NCBI GenBank assembly: GCA_963662335.2
Contig: CAXXVD010000001.1
Span: 416,001 to 480,000, forward strand
Length of the DNA stretch: 64,000 bases
Source of the DNA: Chloroflexota bacterium
GTDB taxonomy: Bacteria; Chloroflexota; UBA11872; VXOZ01
Reading direction: 5' to 3'
Below are positions 26,735 to 38,066 of the stretch, piece by piece. Position 1 is the stretch's first letter. Each line of letters begins with the position of its first letter. Below the pieces are notes generated by a model, which did no database searches, had not been told where the DNA came from, and saw only the letters and a list, made by a program, of their open reading frames with translations. The translations under genes were made by a program, and so were the position numbers.

Positions 26735-28084
26735 ATGCTGACACGACGCTCGCTACTGGCAGGCTCGGCGGCGCTTGCGGTGGGCTGTGGACGCGCCAAA
26801 CCGCCGGTGTCCCAACCTGTGCAATTGAACCTTGCCGCGTACCTGGGTCTGGTGACCGTGCAATTGCGCGGGATGGGATGCTATGAAGGCGCGTACCAGG
26901 AGGTAATGGCGGCGCTTGCGCAGGACCCGGACAACCCGTTCGGCCCGGAGCGCGGCAGGTACCGGCTTGCGATGAGAATGTCGGATGAGTTCTTTCCGGG
27001 AACCACGTGGGAGACGCCCGCGGACGAAGCGCTTGACGCGATTGCGGCCTTCCTGGATGAAATCGAGGCGGACCTCGTGACCGTGTGGCCGGAGTTGGCG
27101 CAGTGGCTGGGCCGCCGCGGCCTCTTGCTGCCGTTAGACCGGTTCAGCGGCACGGACGCAGCGAGTTTGGAGCGAGAGTACTTTCCGGTTGCGCTCGACC
27201 GCTACCGCGCGGATGGTGCGCTCTACGCACTGCCCGTGAGCGCGGTACCGCAGATGGTCTTGTACCATTCCGGTCACGTGCGGCGGCAAGGGCTGCCGCC
27301 GCCGGCCGCGAGCTGGGATTGGGACGACCTGGTGGAATATGGGACAAAGCTGACGACGCGCGACGATGAAGGCCGGGTTACGCGTTGGGGCTTAGTGGCC
27401 CACTTCGACGAAATCTGGTGGGCGCTCTGGCAGAACGGGGCGGATGCGCTCGATCCGGACACGCTGCGTTGCCGCTTGGAGGAGCCGGCGGCGGTCGCGG
27501 CTCTGCAATTCTTCCATGACCTGCTCCACAGGCATCACGCCTCGCCGGCCGCATGGGCCGTCGATCTGTTTGAAATCCTGAATACAAACCCGCCGTCAAT
27601 GCGGTTCGAATACGTGGATGGCTGGCTGGACCCGGCGGTCTATCGCGTGGCGGCGCTGCCGAGCGGCAAGCAGTTCGTCGCGCCGGTGCGAGACGGCTTT
27701 GGCATCGGCATCGCCACGCGCACGCCGCACACGGAAGCGGCCTATACGGCGCTGCAGGGCCTTGTCCGCGCCATGCAGACGCAGGTGACGATGCCCGCGC
27801 GGAGAGATGCGATCGCGAGAATCAGGAGAGTTGTGTTTGATCTACAACCGGCGGAACGCGAGGCGATAGAACGGTCAATGGAACACGGGCGCGCGCTGCC
27901 TCAGGCTTTCTTGCAAGGACTGACCATGGGAAGGGCGACGGAAGCCCTGGTAACGGGCAAGGGCGTGGCAACCGCCGTTAACGAAGCGCGCGGCGTCTTG
28001 CGAAAGTATCAGGATGAAGGTGACTCACCCTTCGGGCCGCCCCTAAAGCCTATGCCGTGGGCCTCCTGTGAGAGCGTACGCTGA
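26735..28084 (+). CDS. Extracellular solute-binding lipoprotein (ABC family 1), Tat-type signal
   Basis: AGGAGG RBS; MLTRRSLL...AVGC; LLPLD, G.LYALP, WDWDDL, WQNGAD motifs. Confidence 0.8.
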   Translation: MLTRRSLLAGSAALAVGCGRAKPPVSQPVQLNLAAYLGLVTVQLRGMGCYEGAYQEVMAALAQDPDNPFGPERGRYRLAMRMSDEFFPGTTWETPADEALDAIAAFLDEIEADLVTVWPELAQWLGRRGLLLPLDRFSGTDAASLEREYFPVALDRYRADGALYALPVSAVPQMVLYHSGHVRRQGLPPPAASWDWDDLVEYGTKLTTRDDEGRVTRWGLVAHFDEIWWALWQNGADALDPDTLRCRLEEPAAVAALQFFHDLLHRHHASPAAWAVDLFEILNTNPPSMRFEYVDGWLDPAVYRVAALPSGKQFVAPVRDGFGIGIATRTPHTEAAYTALQGLVRAMQTQVTMPARRDAIARIRRVVFDLQPAEREAIERSMEHGRALPQAFLQGLTMGRATEALVTGKGVATAVNEARGVLRKYQDEGDSPFGPPLKPMPWASCESVR

Positions 28085-28361
28085 CTCTAGCGCGCTCTAC
28101 AATTAGTCACCAATTGCCGCCGCAATCGTGAATTCATTGCCCCCAGGGGCGCGCATGCAATGAGTGATCATTTACCCAAACACCCACTTTAAATACACAA
28201 CACTTTTGGACGGATGCGCCTTGCGTCTCTTCCGCTTGGATGCGCGCGAACCCTCTGCTTGCGGACGCGGTGTTACAATGGCGCAAAAGAAGACGCCGGC
28301 CAGGGCCTGCCCACAGTGGGGCCTGGGTAATGCCACCAGGAAAGGGTGAGAGAGCACTGAG

Positions 28362-29351
28362 ATGAACGCTGCCGCCAACGAATCCACGTATCAGGGAGCG
28401 GAAGAAGAGATACTTGCGCACGCGTTTTCTGATCCAATCATCGAGAACGAGATGGTGTATCCCGCCCTCACTACGCTCGATTGCATCTACACCGCGAACG
28501 CAACGCTGAACATGCCGGTCGAGCACTTCTTCAGCGCGTACGAGAACCTGCAACTGGAAGCGGCCGAGTCGTTGACGCTGGACGGCGGGGCTACCCACCT
28601 GCTGCACGTCACCTACACGCTGGGCGGCGCCGAGTACCACGCCCACGCCTACGCGCCCGCAGCGCCCGATACGGGCAAGCCGGCGTCGCTGATCATTCCG
28701 GGCAGCGGCCTGAACTGCTCGGAACCGATCTACCGCAGAGACCCGCAGAGCTATCACGACGGCGTCCTGGACGCGCTCGGCGACGGCATCGCGAACTACG
28801 TCTTCATCAAGCCCAACGAGGACTGCCTGGCCTTCCACAACGGCCAGGGCAAGGTGGACGTCAACTTCTTCGTGAATTGGCACCTGAATAACGCCGCGTC
28901 CTACTCGGCCGCGTACATCGTGAACGCGCTGGCCATCACGAAGTGGCTGCAAGAGCGGCACGACGCCGTGGTGGTGGCCGGCCTCTCCCAGGGCGGCGGC
29001 GCGGCGCTGCTCACGTCCTTGCAGGCGCGGCCCACGGCGGCGGTGATTGCCTCCGGTTTTTCGGTCATCATGGAGCGCATCCACTGGTCGGGCCACAACC
29101 AGATCATCATCCCCGGCATCGCCCAGGCCTACAGCAACGAGAACGTGCGGCAGAAGATCTTGGCTTCGCCAACGCAGTTCCTCTTCACCTACGGCCGGCA
29201 GGAGACGGTAATCTACGGCGTCGAGGCGCACGAGCACTATAGCTGCGACTTCCTGAACGCATGCCCCAACGTGCGCTGTGAATCCCACGACGAGGGCCAC
29301 GTCTTCCACGTGGGGCTGACGAGCGACTTCCTGCGCAGTCACGGCCTATAG
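28362..29351 (+). CDS. Alpha/beta-hydrolase fold protein
   Basis: IIPGSG, GLSQGG nucleophile elbow, C-terminal GH. Confidence 0.65.
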   Translation: MNAAANESTYQGAEEEILAHAFSDPIIENEMVYPALTTLDCIYTANATLNMPVEHFFSAYENLQLEAAESLTLDGGATHLLHVTYTLGGAEYHAHAYAPAAPDTGKPASLIIPGSGLNCSEPIYRRDPQSYHDGVLDALGDGIANYVFIKPNEDCLAFHNGQGKVDVNFFVNWHLNNAASYSAAYIVNALAITKWLQERHDAVVVAGLSQGGGAALLTSLQARPTAAVIASGFSVIMERIHWSGHNQIIIPGIAQAYSNENVRQKILASPTQFLFTYGRQETVIYGVEAHEHYSCDFLNACPNVRCESHDEGHVFHVGLTSDFLRSHGL

Positions 29352-29412
29352 CGTTGGTTGACGCAAGTCGAGAGCGGTGACGGGCGTGCATTCTTGACCC
29401 GCACAAGCAGTG

Positions 29413-30303
29413 CTAGGCAAACGTCTCTAACGCCACGAACACGAAGAACACCGCGGAGAGGGAGCTATTCACATGGAAGAAGGCGGTGTTGACGCGGGAG
29501 AGGTCGCGGGGGGTGACGAGCAGGTGTTCCCAGACGAGCAGGGCGGCGGTGGCGGCGACGCCGAGCCAGTAGAAGAGGCCGAGGTTCAGCAGCAGTCCCA
29601 CCGCCGCCAGGCAGAGCGCGGTGGCGGTGTGGGATATGGCGGAGAAGATGAGGGCGCGGGGGATGCCAAAGCGGGCGGGCATGGAATAGAGGCCCTCTTT
29701 CAGGTCGATTTCGTAGTCTTGGCAGGCGTAGATCATGTCGAAGCCGGCCATCCAGGCCACCACCGCCGCGCCCAGCAGCACCGTGCTCCAGGCGAATTCG
29801 CCGGTGACGGCAATCCAGCCGCCCATGGGGGCCATGGAGCCGGAGACGCCCAGCGCGAAGTGGCTGAGCCAGGTGAAGCGCTTGGTGTAGGAGTAGAACA
29901 CGAGCCAGAAGATCGCCACCGGCGAGAGCAGCGCGCAAAGCCAGTTGAGCATGGCCGCCGCCAGCACCATGAGCGCCAGATTGAAGATGCTCGCGCCCCA
30001 CATGAAGCGCGGCGTGAGAATCCCTTGCGGCAGGGCGCGGATTGCCGTGCGGGGATTGCGGCTGTCCAGGTGGCGGTCGATGATGCGGTTGAGCGACATG
30101 GCGGCGGTGCGGCTGAAGTAATCGGCGGTCATGGCGACCGTGACCCAGATGAATTGCCACCAGGTGGGCAGTCCCTCCGCCGCCAGCAGCATGGCGAGAT
30201 AGGCGAACGGCAGCGTAAACGCCGCGTGCTCGATCTTGATCGCTTCCATGAAGACCGGCACTTTGCGGATGACGGAGCCTATGGAAGCGGTCACTGCGCT
30301 CAT
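29413..30303 (-). CDS. UbiA-family prenyltransferase (MqnP/4-hydroxybenzoate polyprenyltransferase-like)
   Basis: IKIEH..F.LPFA, NRIIDRHLDSRNPRT..R, YSYTKRFT, GFDMIYACQD. Confidence 0.88.
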   Translation of the reverse strand: MSAVTASIGSVIRKVPVFMEAIKIEHAAFTLPFAYLAMLLAAEGLPTWWQFIWVTVAMTADYFSRTAAMSLNRIIDRHLDSRNPRTAIRALPQGILTPRFMWGASIFNLALMVLAAAMLNWLCALLSPVAIFWLVFYSYTKRFTWLSHFALGVSGSMAPMGGWIAVTGEFAWSTVLLGAAVVAWMAGFDMIYACQDYEIDLKEGLYSMPARFGIPRALIFSAISHTATALCLAAVGLLLNLGLFYWLGVAATAALLVWEHLLVTPRDLSRVNTAFFHVNSSLSAVFFVFVALETFA

Positions 30304-30329
30304 GTCGCTTTTCTCACCTATCTAAAGAG

Positions 30330-30920
30330 CTATTGCACGTTAAGCATCTCCGCCAGCAGTGTTTCCATCGTTTCCAGCGGCAGCGGGCCGATGAACTTGG
30401 CGGCGATCGTGCCGTCCGGCGCAATGAAGAATGTCTCGGGTATGCCGGAGACGCCGTACTCGATGGCGATCTTGCCGTTGGGGTCGGGCCCGCTGAGGTA
30501 GGTTTGGCCGTAGGCCTTGCGAAATTCGGTAGCGGCATCCTCGGAATCCCACAGGTTTATGCCCAGGATGACCACGCCCCGGTCGCGATAGCGCACGTGA
30601 GTTTCTTCCAACGCCGGCGCTTCGGCGCGGCACGGGGCGCACCAGGAAGCCCAGAAGTTGACGACCACCGCCTGGCCGCGCAAGTCGCTCAAGCGCACCA
30701 CGCGCCCGTCGCTCAGGGTCAGGCTGAAGTCCGGCGCGGGCCGGTTGTCCTGGCGAATGAGCGTCGGCTCCAGGTTGACGCCGGGCTCGAAGCCGCCTAG
30801 TTGCCCGCTCTGTGTCATTACGTAGTAGAGCAGCGCCAGCAGGCCCGCAACCATCGCCGCGAAAAGCGGAATGAGAATGTACCGCAGGGGAATCGTGCGC
30901 GGCGGGGCAGTCGCGCTCAC
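30330..30920 (-). CDS. TlpA/ResA-like thiol-disulfide oxidoreductase
   Basis: N-terminal transmembrane helix, APDFSL, VNFWASWCAPC, YGVSGIPETFFI. Confidence 0.9.
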   Translation of the reverse strand: MSATAPPRTIPLRYILIPLFAAMVAGLLALLYYVMTQSGQLGGFEPGVNLEPTLIRQDNRPAPDFSLTLSDGRVVRLSDLRGQAVVVNFWASWCAPCRAEAPALEETHVRYRDRGVVILGINLWDSEDAATEFRKAYGQTYLSGPDPNGKIAIEYGVSGIPETFFIAPDGTIAAKFIGPLPLETMETLLAEMLNVQ

Positions 30921-31720
30921 TGCACGCTCTCCCAGACGCGCTCGACCAGATAGGCGAGGTCGTCGCCGCGAAAGACGGCGGTGCGCCCGTCGACCCGCTC
31001 CTGCCGCCGCGAACTGAAGGCGGTACGGTCCCAGACTTCGGTCTGCGTGACGGTGACCTGAATCTCGAACGGCGGCTCCAGCGCCAAGGGCTTGGGCAAG
31101 GACTCGACGGCGAGCGCGGCGTGCACGGCATTGCCAAGCTCCTCACGGACGACAGCGGGGATGCGCAGCTTGGCGGCCTGGTAGCCAAAGCCCCACTTGG
31201 TTGTGCACGTTTGCACGCCCGGCAGCAGCGCCTCGGCCTCGGCGCAGGCGTGATTGTCGCCGCTCACCAGCGCCACCGGCACGTGGATTGCGCCGCAGAG
31301 GGCGGCGTGGACGCCTATGGTCCCGAGGTCTAGTCCGTTGACTAGCAGTTGTAAAACATCCGGGGCGAGGGTTTGGCAGAGCACCGCGCCCCACGTCCCG
31401 GCCTGGGCCGGGTGCCCCAGCAAGACGGCGGCGTCGGCATCGGCAAGCGCGGGAAACCGCACCTGCTGCTGCTCGCCAAAGACGTACGTTGCGCCGGGGT
31501 GCAGCAGGTCTTCGTGATACGGCACGAACCCGGTGGCGTCGTGCACGGTGATTTCCTGCGCGCCTGCCGCTTGCGCGCCGTCAACCGCCGCCGACACTTC
31601 ACGCGCCATCAGCGCGCGGGCCTCCGCGTAGAGATAGGGGGCTTCGCTTGCCGGGTCTATTTGATTGCGATGCACGACGCCGGCCGTGCCGGCGAAGAGG
31701 GAGATGATGACGACGTTCAC
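30917..31720 (-). CDS. Peptidase M55 (DppA-like) homologue with degenerate metal site
   Basis: G.AGVV, R.LM..EV.AAV.GA..AGA.EI.V.D, VPVALVSGD..AC.EA..LLP scaffold motifs; metal ligand residues absent. Confidence 0.75.
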   Translation of the reverse strand: MNVVIISLFAGTAGVVHRNQIDPASEAPYLYAEARALMAREVSAAVDGAQAAGAQEITVHDATGFVPYHEDLLHPGATYVFGEQQQVRFPALADADAAVLLGHPAQAGTWGAVLCQTLAPDVLQLLVNGLDLGTIGVHAALCGAIHVPVALVSGDNHACAEAEALLPGVQTCTTKWGFGYQAAKLRIPAVVREELGNAVHAALAVESLPKPLALEPPFEIQVTVTQTEVWDRTAFSSRRQERVDGRTAVFRGDDLAYLVERVWESVQ

Positions 31721-31804
31721 GTGGGTATGACCCTTGGCTTCTCTGGGCTACTGAATTACCGGGCTACATGACTATACGAAGAGTGGGCAGGCAACGTGCC
31801 GACG

Positions 31805-31885
31805 GTCATTCCCGCGCACGCGGGAATCCATCTTCGCCTCGCGCCCAGCCAAGAGGGGATGGATTCCCGCGTGCGCGGGAATGAC
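31805..31885. repeat. Palindromic repeat family A, paired copy
   Basis: GTCATTCCCGCGCACGCGGGAATCC...GGATTCCCGCGTGCGCGGGAATGAC. Confidence 0.85.
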
Positions 31886-31969
31886 GGATTCCGGTGCGCT
31901 CACTTTCATAGGACACTTTGGGCAGTCGGCAAGCTGTTCGCAAATGCGCTCACGCCACTCTTGGCGTCC

Positions 31970-33139
31970 CTACATCGTCGGCCCGATGCGGTGCGGCGCG
32001 AACTCGCGGTGTCCCAGAATCTCCGTGGCCGTCAGCAGGCCGTTGACGGTGTCGAGCGTCAGGTCGAACAGCCGCTCGCCGAGTTCGCGGATGCTGGCCG
32101 TGCCGTCCAGCACTGGCACGCCGGAGAAGTCGATGTTGTCCTGCATTTTGGTAACGGTTTGCGGATTGGCGCAGACCTTGATCACCGGCGCTACCGGATT
32201 GCCCAGCGGCGAACCGCGGCCGGTGGTGAAGATGCAGACTTGCGCGCCGCCGGCGATCATGCCGGTCACCGACTCCGAGTCGTAGCCCGGCGTATCCATC
32301 ACCACCAGGCCTTTCTTGGCGGGATAGTCGGCGTAGCCGATCACCTCTTCCAGCACCGTGGTCCCGCCCTTGTAGATGCAGCCCAGCGATTTCTCTTCAA
32401 TCGTCGTCAACCCGCCTTTGATATTGCCCGGGGCGGGATTGGCGCCGCGAATGTCCACGCCCATGTTCAGCGCGTCCTCTTCCGCCTTGCGTACCACCGC
32501 GAGAAGCTGCTCGCCGATTTCCGGTTCGCGGGCGCGTTGGGCAAAGATGTGCTCCGCGCCGATGAATTCCGCCGCCTCGCTGATCATCACCGTGCCGCCG
32601 GCTTCCACCAGCATGTCCGAGACCACGCCGACGATGGGATTGCTGGAAAGGCCGCTGGTCGTGTCCGACCCGCCGCACTCGGTAGCCAGCACCAACTCCG
32701 AAAGGGGAAACTCTTCCTTCTGCATGGTGGAGAGCTTGGCCTGGAGTTTTTGCGCCATTTGCGCGCCTTCCTGGATGGTGCGAATGGAGCCGCCGGCCTC
32801 CTGGATGACGATGAGTTCCACCGGCTTGCCGGTCTTGGCGATGCCCTCGGCGATGAGGGGCGCTTCCGCCGTTTCGCAGCCCAGCCCCACCACGATTGCC
32901 GCGCCCACGTTGGGATTGCTGCCGGTGCCCACCATGGTGCGCACGAAGAGGTCCGCGTCCGGCCCCAGTTGGCCGCAGCCGTACTGGTGAATGGTCGTCA
33001 CCGCGCCGGGCACCAGTTCGGTGATGCGCTGGCCGACGGTGGACGAACAGATTACCGACGGCAGGATTGCCAGGTGGTTGCGCGCGCCCACGCGGCCGTC
33101 CGGCCGGCGGTAGCCTTGAAACGTCTCTGCACGTGCCAC
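31970..33139 (-). CDS. UxaA/GarD-family dehydratase large subunit (altronate dehydratase/SuyB-like)
   Basis: FQGYRRPDGRVG.RN, HQYGC, GLGCE, ECGGSD..SG, NP.PGN.KGGLTTIEEKSLG, FTTGRG. Confidence 0.88.
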   Translation of the reverse strand: MARAETFQGYRRPDGRVGARNHLAILPSVICSSTVGQRITELVPGAVTTIHQYGCGQLGPDADLFVRTMVGTGSNPNVGAAIVVGLGCETAEAPLIAEGIAKTGKPVELIVIQEAGGSIRTIQEGAQMAQKLQAKLSTMQKEEFPLSELVLATECGGSDTTSGLSSNPIVGVVSDMLVEAGGTVMISEAAEFIGAEHIFAQRAREPEIGEQLLAVVRKAEEDALNMGVDIRGANPAPGNIKGGLTTIEEKSLGCIYKGGTTVLEEVIGYADYPAKKGLVVMDTPGYDSESVTGMIAGGAQVCIFTTGRGSPLGNPVAPVIKVCANPQTVTKMQDNIDFSGVPVLDGTASIRELGERLFDLTLDTVNGLLTATEILGHREFAPHRIGPTM

Positions 33140-33598
33140 GATCTGAACTCCCTCTCAATGGCCGCGCTTGACGCCGCGGCCGCTCCAGCTCGCGTTGCTC
33201 ACCCTCGTATTGTACTCTTCTTGGCGCAACCGTGTTGCCAGCGCACACAGGTTGCATTGGGGAAATGCGCGCCAAGCCCCGCGGTAGGCGCGGTCGGCGT
33301 CTTTGGGCGGGGTGAACGGCGGCCCGCGATTCGATTGCAGGCTGCGTCGCCCCGCGTGACACTGTGCCACGGTATGCTGCGTCGCACGCGGAAGCTGAAT
33401 TTCTGCAAGAAAAAGCCCGATTCCGTGCAGATTTTTGGCTTAATTTGACAACGCAACGCGTCTCGAGTACCGTGAATCATTGTGCGCTTGCACGATTGTG
33501 CCCGGCACGGCGCACGACACGCGCCGCAACCCGCCACGCGGGCAACCGACGCGCCGGGCGCTCGAAACTACAGATTGCCGAATGAGGAGACTGCATAC

Positions 33599-35221
<1,623 letters not shown>

Positions 35222-35244
35222 GCAATTTCGCAGCGCTTGAGGCA

Positions 35245-35275
35245 AGAGAACCCCTCCAACGCGGAGGGGTTCTCT
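35245..35275 (+). terminator. Terminator-like hairpin after groEL
   Basis: AGAGAACCCCTCC-AACGC-GGAGGGGTTCTCT, 13-bp perfect stem. Confidence 0.65.
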
Positions 35276-35381
35276 GATTCTCAGGGAGCATTCGCGGGCT
35301 CGCGGCTGCCGCGCCACGTCAAGGTGATAGTATGTAGTCGTGTGAGTTATCGGAAGAGGCCGCAAAGTAGGAGCAATTGCC

Positions 35382-35999
35382 ATGGATAAACGCGGAGTGT
35401 TGATCGTCGTCGTGCTGCTGGTCGCCGGCGTTGGTGTCGCCGCGGCGTGGTGGCTGGGGTCGCCGTTGTTCGTCGATACCGTCGTCGAGGAGGAACTGCC
35501 GTTCACGATACCGAGCGCGGAAGAGATGGAGGCGATGTCGGAGGACGAACTCGCAAAGGTGACCGCGGACGTGCTGGACGCGGCGGCCAAGATGCCGGAC
35601 ACGGAGATGGAAGAAGAGATGCCGGAGATGGCCGACGACGCCCAGCCGATAGTGGTGGCGCAGGGCCAATTTGCCGACGCGGACGACTTCCACAAAGGCA
35701 GCGGCACGGCCACGCTCTACCGCCTGCCGGACGGGACGCACCTCCTGCGGTTCGAGGACTTCCGCGTCACCAACGGCCCGCAACTGCACGTGCTGCTGGC
35801 CACCCACGCCATGCCCGCCAGCCGCGAGGACGTGGATGAAGGGTACGTCGATCTGGGCGGCCTGAAGGGCAACGTGGGCAGCCAGAACTACGAGATTGGC
35901 GCCGATATTGCCGTCGCTGACGTCAAGAGCATCGTAATCTACTGCAAGCCCTTCCAGGTGGTCTTCTCCACGGCAACGCTTAGCAGCGGCGGCAGCTAA
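35382..35999 (+). CDS. DM13 domain protein, membrane-anchored
   Basis: SPLFVD..VEEELP, GQF..AD.FHKGSG.A, NGPQLHV.L, LG.LKGNVGSQNY, IYCKPF.V.F. Confidence 0.88.
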   Translation: MDKRGVLIVVVLLVAGVGVAAAWWLGSPLFVDTVVEEELPFTIPSAEEMEAMSEDELAKVTADVLDAAAKMPDTEMEEEMPEMADDAQPIVVAQGQFADADDFHKGSGTATLYRLPDGTHLLRFEDFRVTNGPQLHVLLATHAMPASREDVDEGYVDLGGLKGNVGSQNYEIGADIAVADVKSIVIYCKPFQVVFSTATLSSGGS

Positions 36000-36097
36000 A
36001 CGCCCGGTCCCGGTTGACGCGCTCTCGCACTGCAAGAGCGCGCCTCTCGGCAAACCGCGGTACCGAAGGCTTGCGCCCATGCTGTCGCACCAACGGA

Positions 36098-36462
36098 GCG
36101 CGGGGGCTTGCCCCCAATGGTGTCGCAGCGCGGGGGCTTGCCCCATAGGTAGCGCGGGGGCTTGTCCCCCGCCGGAGCCATTGAAACTGGCACGCACAGG
36201 GTTGACCCATCAGCTTCGCGGGTTGCAAGCCTGCGCTACCGGAGATTTTGGATGCGAGTTCTGCTGTCGCTCAGTCTAATGCGACAGTATTAGGGCTTGC
36301 CCCCGCCCAAGCAGGCACATACGCGCACGCACAAGCTGGATTCCCGCTTTCGCGGGAATGACGGGACATTTCTACACGCCCGGAGTGCTGTTCTTCGCTT
36401 TCTTGTGACCCTCTCGGTCGAATGGACCCTCACCCTCGCCCTCTCCCAGCGGGAGAGGGGAC
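36098..36462. repeat. Mixed repeat cluster: family C hairpins and composite copy (36149-36305), family A half-unit (36338-36362), CCCTCACCC..CCCTCTCCC-N-GGGAGAGGG element (36427-36462)
   Basis: Direct sequence matches to copies elsewhere in the window. Confidence 0.75.
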
Positions 36463-36519
36463 ATGAGAGCGCCCAAGGGATTAATGACCCAACGTTTGCT
36501 ATTTTCCGCCTTAGAATAC

Positions 36520-36549
36520 TTGACGAAATGCCAGAGAGAGTTCTATAAT
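36520..36549 (+). promoter_or_regulatory. sigma70-like promoter upstream of the PspC-domain gene
   Basis: TTGACG -18- TATAAT. Confidence 0.55.
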
Positions 36550-36593
36550 CGTAAAGAGGATGTTTAGACTTGACCGATGAGGAGGAGTGAGCG

Positions 36594-37748
36594 ATGACGG
36601 AGACGGTAGAACCCGCCGTGCGGCGCCTGCTGCGGAGCCGGACGGAACGCACCTGCGCCGGCGTCTGCGGCGGCATTGCGGAGTATATCGAGTGGGACCC
36701 AACGATCGTGCGCCTGCTCTGGATTCTCGCGCTCTTCCTCTCCGGCGGCGCGGCGCTGTTCGCCTACATCGTCTGCTGGATCGTCATGCCGGAAGCGCCC
36801 GAGCACGCGCAGACCGGCGATGTCTTCACGCACGGACAGCGCCTCACCCGCAGCCGCGACGAGCGCATGTTGGCCGGTGTCTGCGGCGGCCTTGCCGCTT
36901 ACCTAGGCATGGACGTCACGCTTATGCGCGTGCTCTGGGTCGCCGCCACCTTCATCAGCGGCGGGCTGACGCTAATCGCCTATCCCATCTTCTGGCTGGT
37001 CATGCCCGAAAGCGGCCGCTTTGCGTCCGCCGCGGACGATACGTTTCGGAACGTGGCGGAGCGCGTAGACCCAATGGTGGACCGGATTGGCGACCGGGTG
37101 CGCGAGACGTTCAACCAAGCGCCGCGCCCATCCGACCCGGCCGCCGCCAAACGCGCCCAGGAACAGGAATTGGAGAACGAGATACTCGGCATCAGCGAGG
37201 ATGACCTGCAAGAAGAGCGGCCGCAGGCGGCGGCCAGCGCCCCGGCCGCCAAACCGGCGCAGCGCTGGCTGCCCGTGCTCGGCATGGCTCTGGTAACCGT
37301 GGGACTCATCGTGCTCGCGAACAGCATTGACTGGCTGTGGTTCTCGCCGGAGTCCCTGGTCATCCTCGTGATTGGCGCGCTCTTGCTCTCCTATCGCAGC
37401 GGCGACGAGCCGCGCCCGGCCTGGCGCACCGTGGCCGGCGGGGTGTTGGTCTTCGTCAGCGTTCTCGCGCTGTTGGATAGCATCAGCATATTCTGGAACT
37501 CCGACGGCGTGATCGGCTCGCTCTTCATCATGGGCATCGGCCTGGCCCTGCTGTTGCACCGCCGGCGCGCGGCGCCGCGGCCGGCGTGGCGCGCGTGGAT
37601 TGGCGGCGGCTTGGTCGCCCTCGGCGCGCTCGTGCTCATCGATACCGTCTTGCCTTCGTTCGTATCCGACTTCACCTGGCCGCTGGCCCTCATCGGCGCC
37701 GGCGCGCTGCTGCTCTGGCAATGGAGCCGCCGCAAGGCAACAGGCTAG
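36594..37748 (+). CDS. Membrane protein with two PspC domains and LiaF/LiaI-like transmembrane repeats
   Basis: Two LxRSRxER..AGVCGG.A.Y...D.T..R.LW repeats; GAGGAGG RBS. Confidence 0.88.
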   Translation: MTETVEPAVRRLLRSRTERTCAGVCGGIAEYIEWDPTIVRLLWILALFLSGGAALFAYIVCWIVMPEAPEHAQTGDVFTHGQRLTRSRDERMLAGVCGGLAAYLGMDVTLMRVLWVAATFISGGLTLIAYPIFWLVMPESGRFASAADDTFRNVAERVDPMVDRIGDRVRETFNQAPRPSDPAAAKRAQEQELENEILGISEDDLQEERPQAAASAPAAKPAQRWLPVLGMALVTVGLIVLANSIDWLWFSPESLVILVIGALLLSYRSGDEPRPAWRTVAGGVLVFVSVLALLDSISIFWNSDGVIGSLFIMGIGLALLLHRRRAAPRPAWRAWIGGGLVALGALVLIDTVLPSFVSDFTWPLALIGAGALLLWQWSRRKATG

Positions 37749-37880
37749 CGCCTGTCGCCCCGCCGTTCACGCCCCGGCAAGAGCCGCTGAGGGCTTATAC
37801 TGCTGGCGCGCCCCTCTTGCCATACGGTCACTCTGAGGAGCCCGACTGTCTGTGCGACGGCATTGGGGCCCACCCCCAAT

Positions 37881-37957
37881 TGTCATTCTGAGGAGCGCAG
37901 CGACGAAGAATCTAGAGCGCGGGAAACCATAGATTCCTCGCTGCGCTCGGAATGACA
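37881..37957. repeat. Palindromic repeat family B, paired copy
   Basis: TGTCATTCTGAGGAGCGCAGCGACGAAGAATCT...AGATTCCTCGCTGCGCTCGGAATGACA. Confidence 0.85.
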
Positions 37958-38000
37958 GAAGCCGCAGCAAGCTAGTTAGGCTCCAAGGTCTTTCAGTCGC

Positions 38001-38028
38001 TTGACAGTGATGCCCTATTTTGCATAAT
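38001..38028 (+). promoter_or_regulatory. sigma70-like promoter
   Basis: TTGACA -16- CATAAT, ~40 nt before the aminotransferase start. Confidence 0.5.
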
Positions 38029-38066
38029 GGTGCTAGTCAAGCGTTCTATCGCACCCGTGAAAGAGG

